Origin: Wickerhamiella versatilis
Taxonomy: Eukaryota
DNA: 64,000 bases
Direction of reading: 5' to 3'
Assembly (NCBI GenBank): GCA_030867685.1
Contig: JAQOWU010000008.1
Location: 434,001-498,000, forward strand
Part shown: positions 1-9,842 of the stretch, one piece after another
Numbering within the stretch: the first letter of the stretch is position 1
Layout of the letters: each line of letters opens with the position of its first letter
Notes under the pieces: model-generated
What the model was told of the DNA's origin: nothing
What the model saw: only the letters and a program-made list of their open reading frames with translations
Databases searched by the model: none
Position numbers and translations under genes: made by a program

Positions 1-343
1 ATGGCCTTTGATATGCATTGGGTATTTGATTTTGCTGGGGTCCATGCCGAGACTGATCTAACGAAAGTCGACTGAACTCCGCCGACCAGTCTGTCTGTGG
101 TGTAAGATGAACTGGTGCACGTTGTGGTGCCTGGTGTATTGGTGCCTGTTGATTGATTTGTGTAGGTGCGGTGGCAAGTTGTTCGAAAGATCTACTATAA
201 TCCTCGGCTGACAGGCTGTAACTCGCGCGTAAATCCCTGGGACCATTCTGAGAAATAACACGATCCCTCTGAATACTCCTATCATTAGAAGCAACCTTCC
301 CCAAATGCGAAAGAGGATTATTTTGTCCTCCGCAAGTAGCCAT
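1..343 (-). CDS. PEX5: Peroxisomal PTS1 receptor Pex5, N-terminal part (runs off window start; not in ORF track)
   Basis: Manual translation from ATG at 343: MATCGGQNNPLSHLGKVASNDRSIQRDR...TDWSAEFSRL. Has the N-terminal Cys, NPL and DRSxQxDR motifs and a WxxxF motif. Pex20 is the less likely alternative. Confidence 0.85.
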   Translation of the reverse strand, partial: MATCGGQNNPLSHLGKVASNDRSIQRDRVISQNGPRDLRASYSLSAEDYSRSFEQLATAPTQINQQAPIHQAPQRAPVHLTPQTDWSAEFSRLSLDQSRHGPQQNQIPNAYQRP

Positions 344-415
344 GTGGTTCTGCGGGGTAGTAATTGCTATTGTAAGGGTACTTGTAATCCTGAGTTCAAG
401 TGCATCATTGTCATG

Positions 416-425
416 ATCACGTGAT
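416..425. promoter_or_regulatory. Palindromic E-box ATCACGTGAT (Cbf1/Tye7-type bHLH site) in the PEX5-MIC26 divergent promoter
   Basis: Perfect RTCACGTGAY. A similar ATATCACGTGATAT lies at 53133-53146 upstream of SNT1. Confidence 0.4.
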
Positions 426-594
426 ATAGAAATGTCTTAATTCGTCTTTTTTGCGAGATATAGCGTGCCCACATGACGATCTCTTCACAATTTCCTTCTT
501 GTGATAGCTTGGGCGCATCTCTGTGTGAACCTCAATTCGTCGCTATCGACGAATCGCAGAGCGTGTTTACCTCAGCACGCAATCCAGTCTGGGT

Positions 595-1344
595 ATGTAC
601 AGAAGGCTTGCATTTGTGGCGGGAGGTGTTGCTGCTAGCGGACTGACAGTTCCTGTGGTACTTGCAGAAACCAATAAGAAATACAAGGCCATCTACGATG
701 ATGATGTGAGCCCGGTGAAACCTTTGCCTGGCACTATAGAACCCTCCACCCGGGCTGAAAACGGTGTCACGCGCGTAGAGACTCGATTTGGGGAACTCCT
801 TGACGTCGAAACAATTAGTGATGAAGATAACGGCGTTGTTGTTCATGTAAGTAAGGTCTTGAGCAGTTACGTTGAAGTGGCGCGACAATATCTTAATACG
901 GGAGTTGATGAAACAACGAGGATTTCCGGAGACCTTTTTGAGCGGTTTATTCGAGACGAGCGTGGTGCTGCTAAAACCATAGCATCTCTGAAAGATGAGC
1001 ATGAGGATGTCTTGCCCGCTGCTATTTATGTTCTTATTGCTGGCCTCACCGGTAGTATTCTGAGTCGTCGCCGAAATATTCTGTTTCGAGGTCTAGCGCC
1101 AATTATTTTTGGCACCGGTGCTTTTGCTTACTTGCTGCCAAGAACTTTTGATAATACAAGATCGTTAGCCTGGAAACTTGAGAAGGAGCAGGTACCTGAA
1201 CTGGCCGAAAAACAGATTGAGGCACAGAAACAAGTCACTGATCTCCAAAAGAAGGCACAGGACTTTTATGATGACGGTGAAAAGGAAGTTCAAAAGGGTT
1301 GGAAATCAACTCGGCAGACAATTAAAGATTGGACTGGTTGGTAG
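595..1344 (+). CDS. MIC26: MICOS subunit Mic26/Mic27 (ApoO family)
   Basis: Mitochondrial presequence-like N-terminus; LPAAIYVLIAGLTGSILSRRRNILFR...AFAYLLPRTF hairpin TM; C-terminal coiled coil. Confidence 0.8.
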   Translation: MYRRLAFVAGGVAASGLTVPVVLAETNKKYKAIYDDDVSPVKPLPGTIEPSTRAENGVTRVETRFGELLDVETISDEDNGVVVHVSKVLSSYVEVARQYLNTGVDETTRISGDLFERFIRDERGAAKTIASLKDEHEDVLPAAIYVLIAGLTGSILSRRRNILFRGLAPIIFGTGAFAYLLPRTFDNTRSLAWKLEKEQVPELAEKQIEAQKQVTDLQKKAQDFYDDGEKEVQKGWKSTRQTIKDWTGW

Positions 1345-1645
1345 AACAATTAAATTTAGACCTTACCGCATAAAATATGGTTTTACACACGTTATCCAAC
1401 ATCAACCCCCTGTTTGGAGTTTGATTTTGTTATGCTGTGTCGCCACTATATTCTAGTATATAAATCAGCTAGTTGCAAGATGAACTGTGATTTTTGTTCG
1501 TCAATCAAGTTATAATATATATGAAATGTCGAAACATCCCGTTCCAAGAATAACTAAGGCGATTCAGATAGCCCACTATTTTTCCACAATTATCAGGGAG
1601 TGCAATTATTAGTAATCATTGTCGCGTGGGTTCGTGGGTGTAGGA

Positions 1646-2758
1646 ATGGATGGGCCGAAACTGCTGTCAAGTCAGGTTTTAAGTCTGAAAAAAGATGGCA
1701 CGCCAGACCCAGAAATATACAATCTTGTTAGTACTGTAACGGGGTCCAAGGAGGACATTAAGGTGGATAGTCTGAAAGGAGGCATCACAAACCAACTATT
1801 TATGGCTCACCAAAATGGGTTGAAACTTCTCATAAGGGCCTATGGCAAAGGAACTTCTGCATTTATTAATCGAGACCGTGAATTCGCTGTGCATACTCAA
1901 CTCACGAATCTTGGACTGGCACCACGTCTCTTCGCACGCTTTGGGAATGGTCTAGTGTATGCTTATATACCTGGTCGCACTGCTCATTATCGCGAACTAA
2001 GTGAGCCTAGCACCATTTGCAATGTGTCACGACGCCTGGCGCAATGGCACGTATCGCTGAGGAGATCAGATATCGCTCAGGTCATGGGGCAAGATCCTGG
2101 AGATCTCTGGGATATTCTTGCTAATTGGGTTGATATATGTCCTGCAGGGGTACTGCCTATATCAAAGGAAGAATTACGTGAGGAATTCAAGTGGATAAAG
2201 TTCCATTTGAAGGATAAGGGTGGGCCAAACGTCGTAGGCCATTGCGATTTGCTTAGCGGTAATATTCTCCTTCCTTTTGACCCAGAATCCCAAACGCATT
2301 CACAAGATTTACCTCTACCCCTTCCTAAGGGGTATGTTGTGGACAAGTCAACTGAGCCAGCGGTCTCAGAGGCATCTTTCATTGACTATGAGTACGCAAT
2401 ACCCTGTCCACGAGCATTTGATATAGCAAACCACTTTCAAGAGTGGCAAGGATTTGATTGTGATAAAGATCTAGTGCCGGTCCCTTCCAGTGAAGACAAA
2501 TTACTATCTTTTTGGGCATCGGAATACTTAAATGCTTGCGCCGCTCTCAAGAAGGAGACGCCTGAACCTTTGCAGCAGATGATTTCAGAACTTGCATTCT
2601 GGTGGGGGATGCCTGGTTTTTACTGGGGAGTATGGAGTGCCATCCAAAGCGAAATATCAGAAATCGACTTTAACTACGCTAGCTATGCTGTGGAAAGGTT
2701 TTCCGAATATGTTAATTGGAAAAAGACTTTTTTGCCTGAACTAACGCAATCCGGTTAG
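1646..2758 (+). CDS. Ethanolamine/choline kinase
   Basis: GGITNQL, LIRAYGKGT, HCDLLSGNIL (Brenner motif), FIDYEYA, FDIANHF. First ATG is 1646 (the track starts at TTG). Confidence 0.9.
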   Translation: MDGPKLLSSQVLSLKKDGTPDPEIYNLVSTVTGSKEDIKVDSLKGGITNQLFMAHQNGLKLLIRAYGKGTSAFINRDREFAVHTQLTNLGLAPRLFARFGNGLVYAYIPGRTAHYRELSEPSTICNVSRRLAQWHVSLRRSDIAQVMGQDPGDLWDILANWVDICPAGVLPISKEELREEFKWIKFHLKDKGGPNVVGHCDLLSGNILLPFDPESQTHSQDLPLPLPKGYVVDKSTEPAVSEASFIDYEYAIPCPRAFDIANHFQEWQGFDCDKDLVPVPSSEDKLLSFWASEYLNACAALKKETPEPLQQMISELAFWWGMPGFYWGVWSAIQSEISEIDFNYASYAVERFSEYVNWKKTFLPELTQSG

Positions 2759-2847
2759 GTGAGGAAAAGTCCAAATAATGTAATAATTAGACAGAAGTAA
2801 AGAAATGTAATGAAGTCGATTTGGATGAATGGCAAAGAACTCAGGGA

Positions 2848-5800
2848 TCACTTTCGTTCTCTGGTGCTATCATTCTCCTCCGGACTATCCACAAAAGGGG
2901 ATTCGGGAACTGGGTTGTCTACAAAAGGAGATTGTGGTACCGAGTTATCCACAAAAGGAGATTGTGGCACGGAGTTGTCTACAAATGGAGACTGGGGTAC
3001 AGAATTGTCCACAAAGGGAGGTTGAGCTGTGGTGCGATCCAATAAGTTGCCTGCAGTTGATAACTCGTTGTCAAGAGGTTGAGTGGTTCCAATATTTTCG
3101 ATTCCTGGATGAACAGGAGGCTGCTCCCAGCGAGACAGTCTTCTACCTCGCTCGATAGACTGATTCACTTGAGGAGAGTTGGTGACATGAGCTAAAGAGT
3201 CGATTGTCGGAGAATCCCACACAAATTCTTCGCTTGTTACGGGCCGACCTCCAACATTCACGGTATCAGGCGAACGCAAGATATCAGTATGAGATTCATT
3301 GCGCATTTCATAAGGAGCATGTCCCCGTCTTTCTTTCCGAAAGAGTCCAGTCCTACGCTTATTTATTGTAGTATCTGGCCTGTAAGGATTTTCGTAACGC
3401 GCAGCGTCCGGATCGTCGGCCGCTAGTGGTGTAGCCATCACCGTATCGAATTCTCCAATCTTCCATTGCTCGCGGACAATATCTGCATCCATAGGCTTTA
3501 CCATGGCACGAACGGTTAAATTCACGAAATGCATTAACATGCAGGCAATGAGGCCTAGTAGCACCACAGCCCAAAAGTTCAAAAGACCATAATCCTCCGT
3601 AGCCAGGCCATAGATTTCGCCTGCAATGACGTTCGGAGAGTATACGCCAGTCCAAACGAATACCAGCAGAGAAGAAATAACATTGATGAGCGATGAAAAC
3701 CAGTCCCATCTATATTGATTCGTGACAACATAAAAGTTGCAGGCCATTACACTAATAGTGCATGATGCAAGGCCCATCCAAAATCTATGGTTAACAGAGA
3801 GGCCATTCTTGGACTCGAACCGCCCTGGTGAATATATAAAATAGGGGAAAAAGAATGATACGAAACTTTGATAAAACCCCTCGAGCATGTACAGCCAAAA
3901 CTTCAATTCTGTGAAGTCAGCTTGCAATATTCCTCTTCGGTAGAGTTGTGGGACAGCCAATGAAATGCGGTCTGGAACATCTTGATCCAAAATCCCCATA
4001 AGGATAACTGGGAGAGAAGTAAAAGCCAAATTAAAGAACATGACATAAGTATATTCATAAAGATACGATCCATCAAAATCGCTAAATATACCGTACCAGA
4101 ATAGAGTCATTGTAAACACTACATTCTTGTAAAAGAAATTTGGAACCATCTCTGCTATTCGCTTGTAGGAGTACCGACCGTGAACAAGCAATAGTCTAGC
4201 GAGAAATCTGAACTGCCCAAATGCATAATCCGAAGACATAACAGCTTGCCGCCCTTCCTCACCAGCAATACCTACACCTACATTTGCTTCTTGTATCATG
4301 GCCACGTCATTTGCACCATCACCTATAGCAAGCGTCATTACCTCCAACCTGTTACGCACAAGCTTTACTACCGCGGCCTTTTGAGCAGGAGACACACGGC
4401 AGCATAACACTGCTCTACATTGCTTGCAAAGCAACAAAAATTTGACTTGGAGTGCAGGATTCATAGCAAGCCTCAACGCATCGCCATCGATAACAACAGC
4501 AAATCTGCCAGAAGGACTACTATGATCAGCTTTGGCTGCTTCTAATTCATCATAATCTCCCTGCATGTTAAAATTCTGATAAAGGTATTCGTCAATTTGA
4601 GCAGGAACCGAACCACGGTCATCACCTTCTATTCTTATGACAAGCAGTTTCATTTCATTGTCAAGAAGATTACACGAGAAACCGATGTTGATTGCCGTTT
4701 CTACCTTGTCTCCTGTGAGTACCCAAAGCTTAATACCACCATCTGCTAACAACGAGATAGTTCTGGGAACGCCATCCTGCAATCTATCTTCAATCGCCGT
4801 ACCACCCAGTAGCATCAAATCGTGTTCAATCTCATCAGAAACAGAATCCATTTTTTCCTCGCGGTTTTCAATTTCAGCAGCTGCTGCTTCATGCCGTTTA
4901 TTCCAATCTTCGTAGAACTTAGGATCAATTTCCCGTTCAGCTACACATAGAGTACGTAGTCCTTCATTTGCAAACTCTTCAAGCTGGACTGCTGTCTTCT
5001 CTTTCATATCAGCCTGACCCGGCGCCAAGCGATCGTAAATAATGCTGTCGGCTCCTTTACATATAAGCATTATCCTACCGTCATGCATCTTGACTATCAC
5101 GCTCATACGTTTCCGAGCTGAGTTGAATTCAAGTATGTTGAGGAGTTGGAACTCGACTTCATCGCCCAGAATATTAAGGACAACGCCACGTCTAACACGT
5201 CGCAAAAGGGCAAACCCAACATCTTTCGCCGTGCCAACAAGCGCTGCCTCATCAGGACTCTGGGCTTTATACACAAGCTTTCCCTTAGATGTCTTTGACT
5301 CTTCAGTAATGACCGAGTTACAAAGAGCTAAGCAAAGCATGAAGTGATAATTTGCCTTTGATTGCTCAGAACCATGTTCTCCTTCAAGATCCGAAACAAA
5401 CTCTGACGAGATAAATGTGAGCTCATCATCAGCAAAGTCAGTTGACTTGCTAATGTTGCGTAGCTTCCGCAGCATACGAGAACGGTCTTCTTCAATCTCT
5501 TCTGTAACCATTTTACCTTCAGCCTCTACATCAACACCCTGGCGCTTGCGAAGACCCGCTAGGGCTTCAGTGTACGCCTTACCATAGGCAACGCCCCTTA
5601 TCGTACACTTCTTGAATTGCATGACATTCTGAGTCAATGTTCCCGTTTTGTCACTAAAGATATATTCAATTTGCCCTAAATCATCACTAATGTTCCAGGA
5701 TTTTGGAGTACAAGGATAATCAATTGGCTCGTGATACATGTAAACATCCGAATAAATGAAAAAGGCTTGTGCAGTTTTCACAATTTCGATAGAAATATAC

Positions 5801-7500
5801 AAGGAAATTGGGACTAGTGACTGGTATAAAATTAATACCGCCCAGAAGGTAACCACCCCATCTGCAGCTGGACTACCCCCCTCACTTCCATATTCAAAAT
5901 CATGAAAGGTCGAAACGTTATTGCGATGCTTGATACCATTTATGAGCCCCGATACAAGACAAAGTATAAATAATAGTATGAAATTGTAAATCACGAGAAC
6001 ATTGAGATATTTCTGCATATGACTTCGTTTAGTAGGTGTTACGCCTGCATTTTGCATGATTTTGGAGTCCATTCCAGTATAAACAACAACGCCTATAGCC
6101 CACTTCGTATTTCTTAGAGTGCAGCCACGAAGAAGAAGATTGTTGATATTAACAGGCTCAGTGTGTTCTTCGCCTGCAGATCGCCACCGTACTACTCCAT
6201 TGAAACTGTAGAGCGACGGCAGAGGGGGTTCACATTCCAGCATGAAATCTGCTTGCTGGCAATCCGAAGCATGCCTGACTTCACGCGTGCAACGCAAAGC
6301 TTGGCGAACCTTGAGATTTGTTTCACCATCGAGATTTTTTGTTTCCACGTAGCAGGCGTCATCCTCCTCGCTTGTGCTAAGAATCAATAAATCAGCCGGA
6401 ATTTCTTCATCGCTATGAACGCGCACAAAATCACCCACCCGAACACTCTTCCAGAAGTCAGGTTCAAATCGAACTGACGAATCAGTCGTCATACTCGGAT
6501 CCAAAACAGACTCAGAATTAGCATTACCTTGAGAAATACCTAAATCATCAAGATCGATGCTTTCATCAGAAAATAGAGAAGAGTTGTCAAGCTGCTGGTT
6601 GAACGCCTGTTTGGGTTTTGGGCGTATACCAGTCTTCTTCTCCTTGCGATCAGCCTGTTTCGTATCAACCCATCGGGCCAAACGCATAAAAACTCTTGTG
6701 TTTGCTTTTTTGAATTTTCGCCATAAACTTACATTCTCATTAATGACATTGGGATTTTTGTAGTTGTGCAACAATCTCGTTGCCGTATTATTTACCTCGA
6801 GATCCATAATAGTGCGACGATAGTCTTCAATTGCATCCTTTATTGCTGTTATAGCCACAATTACAACTATAGGCACGGCAGCCAGTCCAGGGCTACTCAC
6901 ACCAAAAATTGGGAACGCACCAAGAATAACAATCAACAAAAAATAGACATTTGCTACATTCTTGAACTGAAAAGTTATATTCTTTGGAAGAAACGTGAGT
7001 GGAGTGTACTTTGTAGTGCGAATCTTATTTCTTGGATATGTCGTCAACGGTGATCCAGTATCGTCAACCATATCTGGTGGCAGTGCCCTATTGAAATAGA
7101 TACGACGAGTTGGTCCACTCTCATCTTCATGCTCTTTTCCTTGTGAATTTTCACTACTATGTCTTTTGTTGCCACCAAGAACAGAAAAAGAACGCCCTAG
7201 CCGTGATTGATGACGTTTCGGTTCCTGCCCGGGCAGGTACCGACGTGTGCCCCAGCGACGCCTCTGAACACGCGAAGGTTGCCTGTTAGGCTTCTCTGCA
7301 TGGCTTTCGCCTTCAGAAGTCTCACTATCAGCCAAGCGAACGTGCCGGTCGCGTCGTTTTGGAGAGGTTAGGAAGTCACCTTCCATTTCTACCTGTGGCG
7401 AGAAGGCTGCGGCAGCAGGCTCATTCAATGTCCTAGAGTCATAAGGTACAACGTCATCCGGAACTTCAAACGGGTTTTCAGGTGTTTCTTCCTTGGTCAT
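2848..7500 (-). CDS. DNF1: P4-ATPase phospholipid flippase, Dnf1/Dnf2 type
   Basis: DGETNLK, PISLYISIE, DKTGTLT phosphorylation site, TGDKVETA, GDGAND; 10 TM segments. Confidence 0.95.
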   Translation of the reverse strand: MTKEETPENPFEVPDDVVPYDSRTLNEPAAAAFSPQVEMEGDFLTSPKRRDRHVRLADSETSEGESHAEKPNRQPSRVQRRRWGTRRYLPGQEPKRHQSRLGRSFSVLGGNKRHSSENSQGKEHEDESGPTRRIYFNRALPPDMVDDTGSPLTTYPRNKIRTTKYTPLTFLPKNITFQFKNVANVYFLLIVILGAFPIFGVSSPGLAAVPIVVIVAITAIKDAIEDYRRTIMDLEVNNTATRLLHNYKNPNVINENVSLWRKFKKANTRVFMRLARWVDTKQADRKEKKTGIRPKPKQAFNQQLDNSSLFSDESIDLDDLGISQGNANSESVLDPSMTTDSSVRFEPDFWKSVRVGDFVRVHSDEEIPADLLILSTSEEDDACYVETKNLDGETNLKVRQALRCTREVRHASDCQQADFMLECEPPLPSLYSFNGVVRWRSAGEEHTEPVNINNLLLRGCTLRNTKWAIGVVVYTGMDSKIMQNAGVTPTKRSHMQKYLNVLVIYNFILLFILCLVSGLINGIKHRNNVSTFHDFEYGSEGGSPAADGVVTFWAVLILYQSLVPISLYISIEIVKTAQAFFIYSDVYMYHEPIDYPCTPKSWNISDDLGQIEYIFSDKTGTLTQNVMQFKKCTIRGVAYGKAYTEALAGLRKRQGVDVEAEGKMVTEEIEEDRSRMLRKLRNISKSTDFADDELTFISSEFVSDLEGEHGSEQSKANYHFMLCLALCNSVITEESKTSKGKLVYKAQSPDEAALVGTAKDVGFALLRRVRRGVVLNILGDEVEFQLLNILEFNSARKRMSVIVKMHDGRIMLICKGADSIIYDRLAPGQADMKEKTAVQLEEFANEGLRTLCVAEREIDPKFYEDWNKRHEAAAAEIENREEKMDSVSDEIEHDLMLLGGTAIEDRLQDGVPRTISLLADGGIKLWVLTGDKVETAINIGFSCNLLDNEMKLLVIRIEGDDRGSVPAQIDEYLYQNFNMQGDYDELEAAKADHSSPSGRFAVVIDGDALRLAMNPALQVKFLLLCKQCRAVLCCRVSPAQKAAVVKLVRNRLEVMTLAIGDGANDVAMIQEANVGVGIAGEEGRQAVMSSDYAFGQFRFLARLLLVHGRYSYKRIAEMVPNFFYKNVVFTMTLFWYGIFSDFDGSYLYEYTYVMFFNLAFTSLPVILMGILDQDVPDRISLAVPQLYRRGILQADFTELKFWLYMLEGFYQSFVSFFFPYFIYSPGRFESKNGLSVNHRFWMGLASCTISVMACNFYVVTNQYRWDWFSSLINVISSLLVFVWTGVYSPNVIAGEIYGLATEDYGLLNFWAVVLLGLIACMLMHFVNLTVRAMVKPMDADIVREQWKIGEFDTVMATPLAADDPDAARYENPYRPDTTINKRRTGLFRKERRGHAPYEMRNESHTDILRSPDTVNVGGRPVTSEEFVWDSPTIDSLAHVTNSPQVNQSIERGRRLSRWEQPPVHPGIENIGTTQPLDNELSTAGNLLDRTTAQPPFVDNSVPQSPFVDNSVPQSPFVDNSVPQSPFVDNPVPESPFVDSPEENDSTRERK
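2882..3021 (-). repeat. 30-bp coding tandem repeat (~4.7 copies) encoding (S/P)PFVDN(S/P)VP(Q/E) in the flippase C-tail
   Basis: Units begin at 2882, 2912, 2942, 2972 and 3002; many differences between units are synonymous. Confidence 0.95.
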
Positions 7501-8249
7501 TCACCGGTCCGTTCGGAGCCGTGACAGGAGATGCAAGAATCCACCCCTAGCCCAAGATAGACCTATAGATGGCCAATTGGGCTAGATTTACAAATTGGTT
7601 AATATGTAGGTCGTCACCCTCTGAAGGGCTACCGTTTTGGATTTATAAATGGCTCTTTAAATTAAATATGCTCATTCTAGTGAAGGAAATGCATTTTCGT
7701 GTTTTCACTGATGCGACTTTCCTGATGCGGCTGATATCGAATGAAACAGGAGCTACTTATCTGAGCAAGAAAATTTAAAGATCAATTGTTTTTCAGTCTA
7801 TCTCCGACATTGCGAAATTTCAAGATGTCTTCTTTCCAGTTAAGAATTCCAATGTGTAACAAATACATAAAATGCGATATACCAAGAAAGCAGCCTAGCC
7901 TGAAGGAAAAAAATTGTACATCTATGTATGTAGATATGTCTATTTCACACATCACTTCGAAATAGGCTGAATACTCACTTACTTTACCACCTCTGGACCG
8001 AGCACGTGGTCTGTAAAAACGTAAACATTTGTGTGAACAATTCTCAAGTAACGTGACATTATTTAGCTTATAATTTCCACGTCTGGAAATTTGAAGAAAG
8101 CTCAGATATTTCTTTTGTTATCTACAGCAATATGGCTAATGATGATGACGTGGCCCAGCTAGAGAATATCATTCTATCACACTCATGGTCCGATAATATC
8201 ATTGTATTTTACAACTAGCTCTTTTTAAAAATTAGTACTCTCTCTATCA

Positions 8250-8588
8250 CTACGGTCCTAGCAGCAGACCGCAAATTTCTTCGGCACAGCAGCATGCTAA
8301 TAAACCTGTACAGAATGCGCAGCAGCAGTTACCTCCCCCACGGTCCTGGTGTGGCTGCTGCACATAAACAGGGCCCTGCTGTTGCGGGTAACCCCCGTAT
8401 TGTTGTGGGGGCGGGCCATACCCCCCGCCATATCCACCGCCATATTGCTGTGGAGGAGCATATCCTCCACCATATCCACCATAATTCCGATTATTAGGCA
8501 TTCCACCACCGCCACCTCCCTGCTTTTTGTTAGCTTATGACAGTTGATTTTCAACAAGTATACCTACGTAGTATTGAGCTGCACTCAT
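8250..8588 (-). CDS. CYSTM cysteine-rich tail-anchored protein, 2 exons (8588-8568, 8519-8250), 48-nt intron 8567-8520
   Basis: Spliced product MSAAQYY/GGGGGGMPNNRNYGG...CCCAFCTGLLACCCAEEICGLLLGP. Intron GTAGGT...GCTAAC...CAG contains an in-frame TAA. Confidence 0.85.
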
Positions 8589-8772
8589 GGTATGAAATCA
8601 GCTGACAAAACAAGATACTTTAAATAACACAACATTAGCACATACTGTGACTAAGTCTACTTAATTGAAGACATCATGGCTTCTGAGGTTTAAAAATACT
8701 AAATAAACTAGTGGTAGGGATTGTGAGAGCACTTAAAAATCACCACGGGTCGTCAAGCTTCATTTTTTGTTT

Positions 8773-9501
8773 TCAAATAAATCCTCCTCCAAAGCCTGGA
8801 AACCCACTGGAGGGAGGAAACCCACCACCGCTGCCTGGGGGTCTTCCCAGAGGCCGAAATTGAGGGTTGGGACCGAGGTCGCCTAACGGTCCTGTCAATC
8901 CATCATCATCTTCAGGCGCACCAGGATACGGCGGGTCATGGCGAATGTAAGGAGGTTGGCCCATACCGAACGGCCTTGGATTGGTCCCGCCATCACCACT
9001 GAATGGCCCAGGCAGTGTGGGCTGTAATGGAGGGTTCTTTCCTAATGGATAAAGGTCACGGTCACCGTATGCAAAACTGCCGGATTGATGCTGTTTTGGA
9101 TGCTTCAGCGCCTGATACTCATCTTCAAAATCGGGCGGTGCATTAGGATCTCTCTTGCCTACTGGCTGTACAGTAGTCGGATACTTCTCACCGGCATTTG
9201 ACGCTAGCTCCTTTTCTGCAAGAGTGCTCGTCGTACTAGGCTTCAGATCTGCAGCTGGTACACTAGTGAGCGTAGAGGCACTCTGTTTCAGCTGTTTTAA
9301 CCGTTCAATGTCGTCATCTGAAGGTGGGTCATGAATAGTTACACTCCGAAGGACACTAACATTTGTTACGACGTATCCCTGGGTATATCGCGCTACAACA
9401 TATTCACCAGTGTCAGATTGTCCACAATATAATGCAGGAGCATCAGCGTCCCATGCCTTAGAAGCACGGTCCACTCCCAACGCCACTCGCACCTTGTCCA
9501 T
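8773..9501 (-). CDS. Proteasome regulator PI31/Fub1-like
   Basis: PPDFEDEY, YGDRDLYPLG, PYIRHDPPYP and a Gly/Pro-rich tail ending GGFI. Confidence 0.8.
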   Translation of the reverse strand: MDKVRVALGVDRASKAWDADAPALYCGQSDTGEYVVARYTQGYVVTNVSVLRSVTIHDPPSDDDIERLKQLKQSASTLTSVPAADLKPSTTSTLAEKELASNAGEKYPTTVQPVGKRDPNAPPDFEDEYQALKHPKQHQSGSFAYGDRDLYPLGKNPPLQPTLPGPFSGDGGTNPRPFGMGQPPYIRHDPPYPGAPEDDDGLTGPLGDLGPNPQFRPLGRPPGSGGGFPPSSGFPGFGGGFI

Positions 9502-9842
9502 GTCAGCGAATATTAAGGAGTGCAATTATGGATAACACCCATAAACGATTTGCATTTCTCACCATTGAATCGTTAGCAGCCAAAAAGAAATTTGGACTAG
9601 CTACTGTACAAAGTTAGAGGGGGGTTATAGAAGTTCAAGCTATGCAGTTGGGTATCGTCGACAATGCATAAATGTGGGGCGTATAGATCTTACTTTACGC
9701 CTATAGCAAGGGCTTAAATAGCCATCAAGCAGTAGAATCTTCTCTAGTATTACCAGATCGAAACCCTGGAAAGTAATTTCAGGTGAAGCTTAAACACGGG
9801 TGACGTGATCATTGCGCTGGCTCCTTGTTTTCATATTTCCAC

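Noticed and set aside
58-294. 78-aa His-rich ORF in the track
   Set aside because: Alternative frame of the real PEX5 N-terminus, which starts at 343 and runs off the window.
2810-3158. Plus-strand repetitive ORFs and a CRISPR-like appearance
   Set aside because: Antisense shadows of the flippase coding repeat; units are contiguous with no unique spacers.
8136-8200. ATGATGA box C-like motif with downstream CCGA
   Set aside because: No canonical box D, terminal stem or recognisable rRNA guide.
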